Assembly: GCA_965203555.1 (NCBI GenBank)
Contig: CBDBCY010000004.1
Coordinates: forward strand, 2,368,001-2,432,000
Direction: 5' to 3'
Source of the DNA: Acidimicrobiia bacterium
Lineage (GTDB): Bacteria; Actinomycetota; Acidimicrobiia; Spongiisociales; ZC4RG35
Length of the DNA: 64,000 nucleotides
Both the position numbers and the translations under genes were made by a program. Below the pieces are notes generated by a model, which saw only the letters and a list, made by a program, of their open reading frames with translations, was not told where the DNA came from and searched no databases. This document shows positions 9,213-22,670 of the stretch, one piece after another (positions within the stretch are counted from its first letter, which is position 1; every line of letters begins with the position of its first letter).

Positions 9213-10039
9213 CTCCCGGTTCCTACTACGACTCCGATCAGCCCCGCCGGCTGGTCATCTCCGAGATCAACAATCTCCGCCGCTATCGGGGGCTGCTGCG
9301 GCTGCTGGTGAGAAGGGACCTTACGGTTCGCTACAAGCGGTCCATGCTGGGAGTGTGGTGGACGCTTCTCAACCCCCTGCTGACCGTGGCTGTCATGTGG
9401 GCGGTGTTCAGCACCATTTTCCGCTTCGAGATACCGGGGGGAGTTCCCTACGTGGTGTACGTGCTGTCGGGAGTGATGCTGATCACGTTTTTCTCCCAGG
9501 GGGTGGTGGCGTCGGGATCGTCCATCGTGGGCTCGGCGGGGATTCTGTCCAAGGTGTACGTACCGGCGGAGGTATTCGCGGTGGCGCCCGCTCTCGCCGC
9601 CCTGGTGAATTTCGGCATCAACATCCTCCTGCTGCTGGTGGTGCAGTTGATAGCCGGGGTGGGCATTCCCCTCACCGCATTGCTGGCGCCGATTCCCCTG
9701 CTCTTTTTGGTCATGTTCGTGGCCGGCATGGGGATGATGGTGGCGTCCCTGGCAGTGGCGTATCGGGATGTCCTGGACATAGTCGGGGTGCTGCTCACCC
9801 TCACCATGTACGCCACCCCCGGCTTCTACCCGGTGACCATCGTCCCGGATCGATTCCTGTTCCTGATCCACGTCAATCCGCTCTATTCATACCTGGAAGT
9901 GTTCCGGGGACTGATCTACGGAGGCGGTTTCGCTCCGGGATGGATGTGGGCGGTGATGGTGTTCACGGCCTGCGCCGCCTTGTTGGGGGGCGCTTGGACC
10001 TTCTCCCGATCGTGGCGACGGCTGGCGGTGTTGGTATGA
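9209..10039 (+). CDS. ABC-2 polysaccharide/teichoic acid export permease (Wzm/TagG-like)
   Basis: RDLTVRYKRSMLGVWWTLLNPL, YRDV..YATPGFYP, NPL; GTGA overlap at 9209. Confidence 0.88.
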   Translation: MTPGSYYDSDQPRRLVISEINNLRRYRGLLRLLVRRDLTVRYKRSMLGVWWTLLNPLLTVAVMWAVFSTIFRFEIPGGVPYVVYVLSGVMLITFFSQGVVASGSSIVGSAGILSKVYVPAEVFAVAPALAALVNFGINILLLLVVQLIAGVGIPLTALLAPIPLLFLVMFVAGMGMMVASLAVAYRDVLDIVGVLLTLTMYATPGFYPVTIVPDRFLFLIHVNPLYSYLEVFRGLIYGGGFAPGWMWAVMVFTACAALLGGAWTFSRSWRRLAVLV

Positions 10040-10773
10040 CGTCGCCGGCGGTTGACTGTCGACAGGTCTCTTTGGTCTATCCACTGGTCAGGGACCGTCC
10101 CGGCTCATTCAAGGAACAGGTCATCCGCTCTCTGCGCGGAAAGATCGAAGTGGATGAACTGAGGGCCATCCGGGATCTTTCTCTCCAGGTCGAGTACGGC
10201 GAAGTGCTGGGAGTGATCGGCGACAACGGCGCCGGGAAGTCAACTCTCATGAAAATCGTCGCCCGGGTGCTCCCCCCGACAGAAGGAAGAGTTATTGTCA
10301 GAGGTCTGGTGGCACCGCTCATCGAGTTGGGAGCGGGGTTCAATCCCGAGTTGACCGCCACCGAAAACGTGATCATGTACGGGGCTATCCTGGGTCGTTC
10401 TCCTCACCAGATGGCAGAGAGAGCGGATGCCATCATCGACTGGGCCGGGTTGTCAGAATTCGCCGATGTGGCGGTGCGGGCCTTTTCATCAGGGATGTTG
10501 GCCCGCCTGGGTTTCTCCATCGTCACCGACATCAACCCCGATGTGTTGCTGGTGGATGAAATCCTCAGCGTGGGTGATCAGAGCTTTCGAGAGAGGTCTC
10601 GGGAACGGGTGGGCAGTGTCATGGAGCGGGGCGCGGCAACGATTCTGGTGTCACACGACATGCAGATGGTGGAGGATCTGGCATCCCGCGCAATATGGCT
10701 GGACAGGGGGAGGATCCGCAAGGAAGGAACGCCGGAAGATGTGATCGCGGCCTACACCGGCGGCGGAGTTTAG
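10036..10773 (+). CDS. ABC export ATPase (Wzt/TagH-like), no C-terminal carbohydrate-binding domain
   Basis: GDNGAGKST, GAGFNPELT..EN, FSSGMLARLGFS, LLVDEILSVGD, LVSHD. Confidence 0.92.
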   Translation: MTSPAVDCRQVSLVYPLVRDRPGSFKEQVIRSLRGKIEVDELRAIRDLSLQVEYGEVLGVIGDNGAGKSTLMKIVARVLPPTEGRVIVRGLVAPLIELGAGFNPELTATENVIMYGAILGRSPHQMAERADAIIDWAGLSEFADVAVRAFSSGMLARLGFSIVTDINPDVLLVDEILSVGDQSFRERSRERVGSVMERGAATILVSHDMQMVEDLASRAIWLDRGRIRKEGTPEDVIAAYTGGGV

Positions 10774-11630
10774 AGCAAGTGGGCGAAGCCGGCCGGCGCG
10801 CCTTCGGGGACGGGCAGCAACGGCGCCCGACAGCGTCCTGCCCGCAGGCCCACCATCTCGGCCGCCGCCTTGACTCCGGGAATCCCGTAGCGGGCCACCC
10901 CATCGTTGGCGGCGGTCAGCCGATGCTGTTTCTTCATGTCTCCGGGAGGATTCTCCAACGCGGCGGTCACTACTTCCAGGCCCAACTGCGGGACGTAGTT
11001 GGCGGCCGCCAGTATGACACCGTACACCCCTGCCGCCAGGGTCAGGTTGACGGAATAGGCCGAGCCATTGTACAGGGCGAAGTTGTCCGGTAGTCCGGCC
11101 AGCATCCGCTGGATGCGGACGGCGTCCCCGCTGGAGTCCTTCATGCCCACCACATTCGGGTGTCGGGCCAACTCCCAGACGGTCTCCAACGGGATCGAAT
11201 AGGCAGTTACCACCGGCACCGAATAGAGGAACACCGGAAGGGGGGACTCATCTGCGACTTCTGTGAAGAAGGCCGCAACAAAGTTGGTGCGATTTCGGGA
11301 CAAAGTGGTGGGGGTCAGCACCAAGGCGGCGTCGGCGCCGCCCTCGGCCGCCTCGGCGATCTGGCGCCGGGCCGCTCGATTGGTCTCGGCGTTGATGCCG
11401 CACAGGAGAAAGGTGTTATCGCCGACACTGTCTCGGGAGGCGGCGGTCAGTCGCAATCTCTCACCGGGTTCGAGAAGGGGCCCCTCACCGGTGGAGCCGG
11501 CCAACACGAAACCTTCGTATCCCAACCCGGCCAGCACCGACAGGTTGTGACGATGGGCTTGGAGATCAAGTTCTTGCCGATCATCGAAAGGAGTGATAAT
11601 GGCAGGCATGGCCCTTGGCAGTGAATTCAT
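10770..11630 (-). CDS. Dihydrodipicolinate synthase family aldolase (HOGA/DapA-like)
   Basis: ITPF, GSTGE, LYSVP, HPNVVGMKDSSGD (Schiff-base Lys). Confidence 0.85.
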   Translation of the reverse strand: MNSLPRAMPAIITPFDDRQELDLQAHRHNLSVLAGLGYEGFVLAGSTGEGPLLEPGERLRLTAASRDSVGDNTFLLCGINAETNRAARRQIAEAAEGGADAALVLTPTTLSRNRTNFVAAFFTEVADESPLPVFLYSVPVVTAYSIPLETVWELARHPNVVGMKDSSGDAVRIQRMLAGLPDNFALYNGSAYSVNLTLAAGVYGVILAAANYVPQLGLEVVTAALENPPGDMKKQHRLTAANDGVARYGIPGVKAAAEMVGLRAGRCRAPLLPVPEGAPAGFAHLL

Positions 11631-11695
11631 CAGGCTCGGATGATAGCCCTTTGGCGGCCGGTAGCCTTAACCCGGTTGCCGATTAAGGAGAAGAG

Positions 11696-12679
11696 TTGAA
11701 GTTTGCCTGGCTATGCAGCCACGAGTCCTACCAGCCGGAAGTACTGGTGGATCAAGCAGTTCGAGCGGAGGAAGCCGGATTCGACATGATCCTGGGGTCG
11801 GATCACTTCCATCCCTGGGTCGACGACAACTGCGCGTCAGGTTTCGTGTGGTCCTGGCTGGGGGCGGTGGCGGCTCGGACCGACGCGGAACTCGCCACTT
11901 CCGTTACCTGTCCTCTCTATCACTATCACCCCGCCTTGGTGGCCCAGGCGGCCGCCACCGTGGACAGGTTGACAGGAGGAAAATTCGTTCTGGGAGTGGG
12001 TACCGGGGAGAACATCAACGAGGGACCGATGGGGTTCAAATTCGGGGATTACCGGGAACGCATCAGGAGAATGCGCGAAGCACTGGAGATCATGCATCGG
12101 CTGCTGGAGGGCGAGAAACTGGACTTTGAGGGCGACTGGTACATCACCGACAAGGCCAGGCTCTACAGCCCGCCGCCCCGCAAGACGCCTATCTGGATGG
12201 CGGCCGGAGGCCCTCAGTCCGCCACGTTCGCCGGAAGGCGGGCGGATGGCTTGATCACCAGCGTGAAAGCGCCTGCCGACACCCTTGAGAGGGTGATCGG
12301 ACCATTCCGGGCCTCCGCTGAGAAGTGGGGACGGCCTGGAACGCTCATGACCACCCGCTGGTGCGTGCTGGCCGGTGACGAATCCGAAGCCTGGGAAGCC
12401 CTGGGCAGCATGAGGGGCTTGCGGGCGCCCGGAAGGCTGCAGGCTGTCGACCCGATGGTCCTTCGGGAGCGGGCGGACTCCATGGACCGCGATGAAGTTC
12501 TGGGTAAGTACACAATGGCGGCCGGCGTGGAAGATCTGATCGATGTCTACCGCCCGTTGGTGACCGAGATCGGCGCCGACTACGTCGCCATCCAGATCGC
12601 CTCCACCAACCCCGACCGCACCCTGGAAATAGTCGAAAAGGAAGTCCTACCCGAACTGCGGGCGGTGGCCGATTCGTAG
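11696..12679 (+). CDS. F420-dependent LLM oxidoreductase (G6PDH-like family)
   Basis: SHE, SDHFHPW, WSWLGA, TSVTCP..YHPALVAQAAAT, LGVGTGENINE. Confidence 0.85.
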   Translation: MKFAWLCSHESYQPEVLVDQAVRAEEAGFDMILGSDHFHPWVDDNCASGFVWSWLGAVAARTDAELATSVTCPLYHYHPALVAQAAATVDRLTGGKFVLGVGTGENINEGPMGFKFGDYRERIRRMREALEIMHRLLEGEKLDFEGDWYITDKARLYSPPPRKTPIWMAAGGPQSATFAGRRADGLITSVKAPADTLERVIGPFRASAEKWGRPGTLMTTRWCVLAGDESEAWEALGSMRGLRAPGRLQAVDPMVLRERADSMDRDEVLGKYTMAAGVEDLIDVYRPLVTEIGADYVAIQIASTNPDRTLEIVEKEVLPELRAVADS

Positions 12680-12770
12680 CCACCCCGGCTCGTCCGGCGG
12701 TCAGCGGGGCCGGATGTCGGGAATGTTCCATCCGCGCCGGATGGGACCAAATCCCGTGAACCTCCCTTTC

Positions 12771-12831
12771 CAGGGACAGTGTCCCTGTTTTGGTATACAT
12801 TTTCGGGGATGGCATCCCTGTTTTGGTATAC
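12771..12831. repeat. Two 33-bp-period units, each with a short palindrome, upstream of the DUF433 gene
   Basis: tccctgttttggtatac at 12782-12798 and 12815-12831; palindromes cagggaca-g-tgtccctg and gggatg-g-catccc. Confidence 0.7.
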
Positions 12832-12959
12832 CCTCGGCCTGTGATTCTGTACTGGCTTGACGGCGGATCGGTATAGGTTGACCCTGCCGCTCTGTCCGTA
12901 AGTCAGGGTACGGCGGGAGTCCTCTCCCGATCACGGCGGGGAGAGTATGCTGAAAGGGC

Positions 12960-13679
12960 ATGAGCGAGGGTGACGGGATGGATCCGCGTTTCGACCGTCG
13001 GCTCTACACGGTGAGCGACGCCGCCCGGTACATTGGCATGAGTCCTACGACCCTTTCGGCTTGGACAAGGGAGAGGTCCGGTCGGAGGAAGCCTCGGTCC
13101 GGCGGTGGGGAGAGGCCGGTAGTGACCGCATTGGAAGCACGAAAGGGTGATCGTCGGCGGATTCCTTTCATAGGACTGATCGAGGCGACGGTTGTGCAGG
13201 CCTTCCGGCAGACCGGCCTTCCGATGCAGCGTATTCGTCGCGCCCTTCGGGTGCTTTCGGAGAGAGGCGAACTGGAACATGCTCTGGCTTCGAAGGGCTT
13301 GTTCACCGACGGCGCCGAGGTGCTGTACGACTACGCCTCCTATTCCGGCGATCCCCAGCTTCGTCTGCTCACCGTGGTACACACCGGCCGGCGGGTCTTT
13401 CACGAAGTTATATTGGAGTACGTGCGGAGAATCGATTTCGGAGACAACTGGGCGACCGGCTTGATTATCCCCATCACCAAGCGGGAACTTCTGAGGGTCC
13501 GTCCTGATGTGGCCGGTGGAGACCCGCTGTTCATGAACGGCGGGGCGCCGCTGTCAGCGGTGTACTCCCGGTATCGAGCCGGCGAGCCCATCGGTTCCAT
13601 AGCAGCCGACTTCGAAGTCCCCGCTGACGATATCGCCGAGAGCATCCGTGCCGTCTGGCCGCGATCCGAAGCAGCCTGA
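12960..13679 (+). CDS. DUF433/HTH antitoxin (VapB45-like)
   Basis: N-terminal HTH LYTVSDAARYIGMSPTTLSAW, FIGLIEA..AFR..GLPMQRIR, C-terminal DUF433 PDVAGGDP..RYRAGE..IAADF. Confidence 0.85.
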   Translation: MSEGDGMDPRFDRRLYTVSDAARYIGMSPTTLSAWTRERSGRRKPRSGGGERPVVTALEARKGDRRRIPFIGLIEATVVQAFRQTGLPMQRIRRALRVLSERGELEHALASKGLFTDGAEVLYDYASYSGDPQLRLLTVVHTGRRVFHEVILEYVRRIDFGDNWATGLIIPITKRELLRVRPDVAGGDPLFMNGGAPLSAVYSRYRAGEPIGSIAADFEVPADDIAESIRAVWPRSEAA

Positions 13680-14076
13680 TCCCGACACCGCGATCTTTTT
13701 CCTGGACCGTTCGGTAGGTAAGAACACTGTGGCCGCCGCGCTCCGGGAACAGGGTGTCGACGTGCGGCATATGGGAGAGATCTACCCTTCTGACGGCCAA
13801 TTCATCTCTGATCCCGAATGGACACTTCGTTGTGATCAGGAAGGCTGGGTGGCAAGCACCAAGGACGGTCGTATCGTTGGTGACCACTGGGAGGCTATCG
13901 AGTCGGCGGGGCTTCGTCTCTTCGTTTTCCCCAACGCGAACCTGACCGGAGAGGAAATGGGTGCCCGAATCAGGAACAACTGGAGTCGTATCTTGGCCCA
14001 CCTCCGCAAACCGGGACCATATGCGTACGCGATACTGCCCCGCGGTCTCGACAGACGGTGGCCTGCCAAAGGTTGA
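13648..14076 (+). CDS. PIN-domain toxin (VapC45-like)
   Basis: FFLDRSVG..VAAALR, D.EW, GWVASTKDGRI; overlaps the antitoxin stop. Confidence 0.82.
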   Translation: MPSGRDPKQPDPDTAIFFLDRSVGKNTVAAALREQGVDVRHMGEIYPSDGQFISDPEWTLRCDQEGWVASTKDGRIVGDHWEAIESAGLRLFVFPNANLTGEEMGARIRNNWSRILAHLRKPGPYAYAILPRGLDRRWPAKG

Positions 14077-14088
14077 GCACCGGCAGTT

Positions 14089-15921
14089 TCAGCTTATCCG
14101 TGTTCGAGCAGCGCGCAGGGCGTCGGCCATGGCCCCGGTGCCGGAAAAGGTGACGGTGAGGGTCTGGGTTGCCCGGGTCATCGCCGTGTACAGCAGCCTC
14201 TTTTGGGCATCGATCCTGCTGGAGACATCTTCATCCCTCACCCATATGTGGTTGGCGGCTCCTATGATCACATGGGGAAACTCGAGACCCTTGAAGAGAT
14301 GAAGAGTGGCCATCCGTACCGCGTCTCGGACAAAGGCTGACTTATCCTTGTTCCGGAAAGGCCGCCGGGCGTTGAACCAGCGCACTCCACTCTTCTGAAG
14401 TTCTTGCCGCACGTAATGTCTCTGCCGTTTGTGACCTGACAACACCACTATGTCTCTTGGTTCTACTCCTGCGTCAAGCCTCTCTTTCACCTGGCGAGCT
14501 ATCTCCGTGGTTTCAGCCCTCAGGTCTGCGCATTCCAGAAGGAGCGGTCTCGGCCCGCTCCGTTCGGCCGCCTCGGGCAGCACCAGCGTCTCGAGATCGT
14601 TGGCGACGGCCCGGCTTGGGGTCCGGTTGGGGCCCACCAATATATCGACGGCTGGCTCAAGTATCTCACGGGTGTTGCGGTAGTTTCGCCGGAGAATGGT
14701 GGAGCGTCCGCGGGCGGTCATTCCCGGCGGGTTCCAGGTCATCCGTCTCCGGTAGATGTTCTGAGCGCTGTCCAGCGCCATCACGAAATGGTCCTTGTCC
14801 GACTTGAGCATTGCGTGGGCCAGTTCGAGATGGGAGGGTTCCAGGTCCTGTGCCTCATCAACCAGGACCAAGTCGTATTTGTCAGAATCGCTCAGGTCTT
14901 CGGCATTGTTCTTGGCATCGATTCGTCTCTGCCGCCACTTCTCTTCATCTGGCAGATTCGGTGGCGAACCTCCGGCAGGCTCCTCTACCAGTTCGTATGC
15001 CAAGGCGTCCACCGTCTTGACCTTGATATTGGAGGTGCCCGCCACCTCCTTCTTCAACGCGGCAAACAATGGCCGGTTGAAGCACAATAACAGGATGTGG
15101 GTCGACGGGAAGTGCTCGGCGAAGTATCTGGCGCGATAGGTGAGTACCAGGGTCTTGCCGCTTCCCGCCACGCCGCGGATGATCCGATAGCCGGGTCCGA
15201 GCGACATCGCCAGCCGCTCTTGCCGTCTGTCGAGCACCGCGATGGCTTGGTCGGGATCAGAAAGGGAGGGTGGATCGAATAGCAGCCGTCCCTGGTCGGC
15301 GTCCTGATCATCTTTGATGACGATCCTGGGATTGACCGCCGCACGAACAACCTTTTCGTTCTCCTCCGTCAACGATGGAGATTTCCCTCCCAGGATGCGG
15401 CGAAGGGCCATCCCCAGATTCTTCGGCTGGAAGTCCTCCCTCGATAGCAGGGGAGTGTTGCGGCCAGCGGAGGCAACTCTGGCTCGGGGGACCTCCGGCA
15501 AGGCGATCGCATGCCTGATGGGAAGTTCACTGATTCGAGAAGTGCCGGAGATGTGAATCCGCTGAGAAAGCCCTTCTGCTCTCGTCTTTACATCGCTCTG
15601 GATATGGGCAAGGTCGAGCTTGCGGCGTAAAGCCAGCACTCCCCTGCGGGCCAGGGAGCGAGGGGAAGGCGCTTCCAGAACGGCGATTCCAGATGCCGGA
15701 TCGAATACCACCAGGTAGGGATCCTGGTCCGTTGGAGAGGACACCTGGTCGAAATCGATTTCAAACTCCGAGGCCAAGGTGACGCGATCACCGGTCCCGG
15801 TTCTCTCCAGCCACACTGTCACCTCCTCCGGCAAGAAATCGCGCAAGGCCCGGGCAACGGTCTGCAGGCGGGCGGGCAGATCGTTGCGACTGGGAATGTT
15901 CTGAGGTATCAGGAAGGCCAT
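14089..15921 (-). CDS. Superfamily 1 (UvrD-like) helicase with a degenerate N-terminal NERD-like domain
   Basis: GVAGSGKT, LLLCFNRPL, LVDEAQD, DSAQNIY, RNYRNTREI, TLHLFKGLEF, LLYTAMTRA; ATG directly abuts the upstream TAG. Confidence 0.88.
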   Translation of the reverse strand: MAFLIPQNIPSRNDLPARLQTVARALRDFLPEEVTVWLERTGTGDRVTLASEFEIDFDQVSSPTDQDPYLVVFDPASGIAVLEAPSPRSLARRGVLALRRKLDLAHIQSDVKTRAEGLSQRIHISGTSRISELPIRHAIALPEVPRARVASAGRNTPLLSREDFQPKNLGMALRRILGGKSPSLTEENEKVVRAAVNPRIVIKDDQDADQGRLLFDPPSLSDPDQAIAVLDRRQERLAMSLGPGYRIIRGVAGSGKTLVLTYRARYFAEHFPSTHILLLCFNRPLFAALKKEVAGTSNIKVKTVDALAYELVEEPAGGSPPNLPDEEKWRQRRIDAKNNAEDLSDSDKYDLVLVDEAQDLEPSHLELAHAMLKSDKDHFVMALDSAQNIYRRRMTWNPPGMTARGRSTILRRNYRNTREILEPAVDILVGPNRTPSRAVANDLETLVLPEAAERSGPRPLLLECADLRAETTEIARQVKERLDAGVEPRDIVVLSGHKRQRHYVRQELQKSGVRWFNARRPFRNKDKSAFVRDAVRMATLHLFKGLEFPHVIIGAANHIWVRDEDVSSRIDAQKRLLYTAMTRATQTLTVTFSGTGAMADALRAARTRIS

Positions 15922-21147
<5,226 letters not shown>

Positions 21148-21290
21148 TGGAGCTCTCGATCAGCAGATCCCTGTTGGGAGTGAAGCCGGAGGCCGTACCC
21201 TCCCTCTTCCACGCGACTGCTCAGGCTGTTCTCGACACTCTCCGGAGTCTCACACCGTCCGGGACACCCTTGATTTTGACTAGAATAGGA

Positions 21291-21303
21291 TTGACAGAGT
21301 CAA
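21291..21303. promoter_or_regulatory. Palindrome TTGAC-N3-GTCAA upstream of the ACP gene (possible operator)
   Basis: ttgacagagtcaa, just downstream of TAGAAT (21281-21286) and upstream of the GAGGAG RBS. Confidence 0.35.
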
Positions 21304-21325
21304 CTATTCATGTGAGGAGAGCAAA

Positions 21326-21562
21326 GTGTCTTCAACCGAGGAACGAGTCAAAGCGCTGGTCGCTGCGAACCTGGAAGTGGACGGTCAACCATTGGGTGGT
21401 TCTCTGAACCTGGAAGTCAGCCTGGTGGATCATGGAGTGTCGTCTTTGGATCTGGTGGCGTTTGCCAAGGTGGTCGCCCAGGACTTTGGCGTGACCTTCA
21501 GCACCGAAGACTGCGCGAGTATCAACACCATCCAGGGTCTCATAGATTTCTTGGACGGCTGA
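21326..21562 (+). CDS. Stand-alone acyl carrier protein (SupB-like)
   Basis: 78 aa, acidic, LVDHGVSSLDLV..FGV.F..ED...I.TI..LIDF; directly upstream of a PPTase. Confidence 0.85.
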   Translation: MSSTEERVKALVAANLEVDGQPLGGSLNLEVSLVDHGVSSLDLVAFAKVVAQDFGVTFSTEDCASINTIQGLIDFLDG

Positions 21563-21629
21563 GACGGGAAGTCTCGATAACTAAGAGGAACGCCCATCAA
21601 CCGGTTTATGAGGGGCTGAAGGGGGGGCG

Positions 21630-22466
21630 GTGGGTTGCCGAGTCGGAGGAAGCGCGGACTCCGTCGACGACCCTTGGTGGCGTCTCCTCAAATTGACCGG
21701 TCGCCTTGAGATCAATCATGTGAGCCTGGTGCCACACTCGTCCCACGAGGAAAGAGCCTGGGACTGGTTGAGTGACGAAGAACGGCGGCGGTGGGAGAGG
21801 TTCTTGCGTTCAGGTCCCCGGCGCCGTTTTGCTCTGTGCCGGGCCGCGCTGCGGGCGGTTCTCTGCTCCCGGTTGGGTTGTGACAACCGGGATCTCGCTT
21901 TCGAAGTCTCCGAATATGGAAAGCCCTTTGCTCTGTTGCGAGGAGAGAGAGCACCCATCGGATTCAACGTAAGCCACAGCGGAAACCACGGGCTCATTGC
22001 GCTGGCCGAACAGGGAAGGGTGGGGGTTGACGTGGAGGAGCGAAAGTGCCGGGGGGACCTGGACGACCTGGCTGAAACTGTTTTCGGAGCGGAAGAGCGG
22101 GCCCTTGTTGCCGAGTTGCAGGGAGAAGCCAAGCTCCGTACTTTCTACGATTTCTGGACTGTCAAGGAAGCCTTGGCCAAAGCCTTGGGCACGGGCCTCC
22201 ATACGGACTTTGCACGGTTTCAGGTACCACCGGGGATGCGTGGAGGCGAGCGGACCGGCCTCTTCCGGTTTCCCCATCTGTCAGACGTGATTTGGGAGGT
22301 GGAGAATCTCGGTAGCAGACAGACTGCTATGGCCGTGGCTCTTGAAGTGGATCCCAAAGGGACAGGTAGGTTAACCCCCGGAGTCGCTCACTCCGGATGG
22401 GAGCAAGACGGTCAACCTTTCCGGTCGAAGCCGGGGAGGAGGCGCCGGCATCAAACCCGGGGCTGA
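21630..22466 (+). CDS. Sfp-type 4'-phosphopantetheinyl transferase (SupC-like)
   Basis: LSDEERRRWERF, YGKP, FNVSHSG, VGVDVE, FWTVKEALAKALGTG; start uncertain. Confidence 0.92.
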   Translation: MGCRVGGSADSVDDPWWRLLKLTGRLEINHVSLVPHSSHEERAWDWLSDEERRRWERFLRSGPRRRFALCRAALRAVLCSRLGCDNRDLAFEVSEYGKPFALLRGERAPIGFNVSHSGNHGLIALAEQGRVGVDVEERKCRGDLDDLAETVFGAEERALVAELQGEAKLRTFYDFWTVKEALAKALGTGLHTDFARFQVPPGMRGGERTGLFRFPHLSDVIWEVENLGSRQTAMAVALEVDPKGTGRLTPGVAHSGWEQDGQPFRSKPGRRRRHQTRG

Positions 22467-22670
22467 CTCGCCGGCGATTCAACGACTGGTTGACGGGTCT
22501 TCACGGTCAAGATCCCAACAGGCCCGATAGTGGGGTAGGACAAGGGCATCCCGGCAGAACCCTGGGCCGGGTACCCCCTGGACTATCTTTGGCTGCACGC
22601 TTTTTCACTTGCCGGGAGGCGAGGTGACGATCGGTACCAAGAGGACTATGCGACAGATAGGCGGTGGCTT

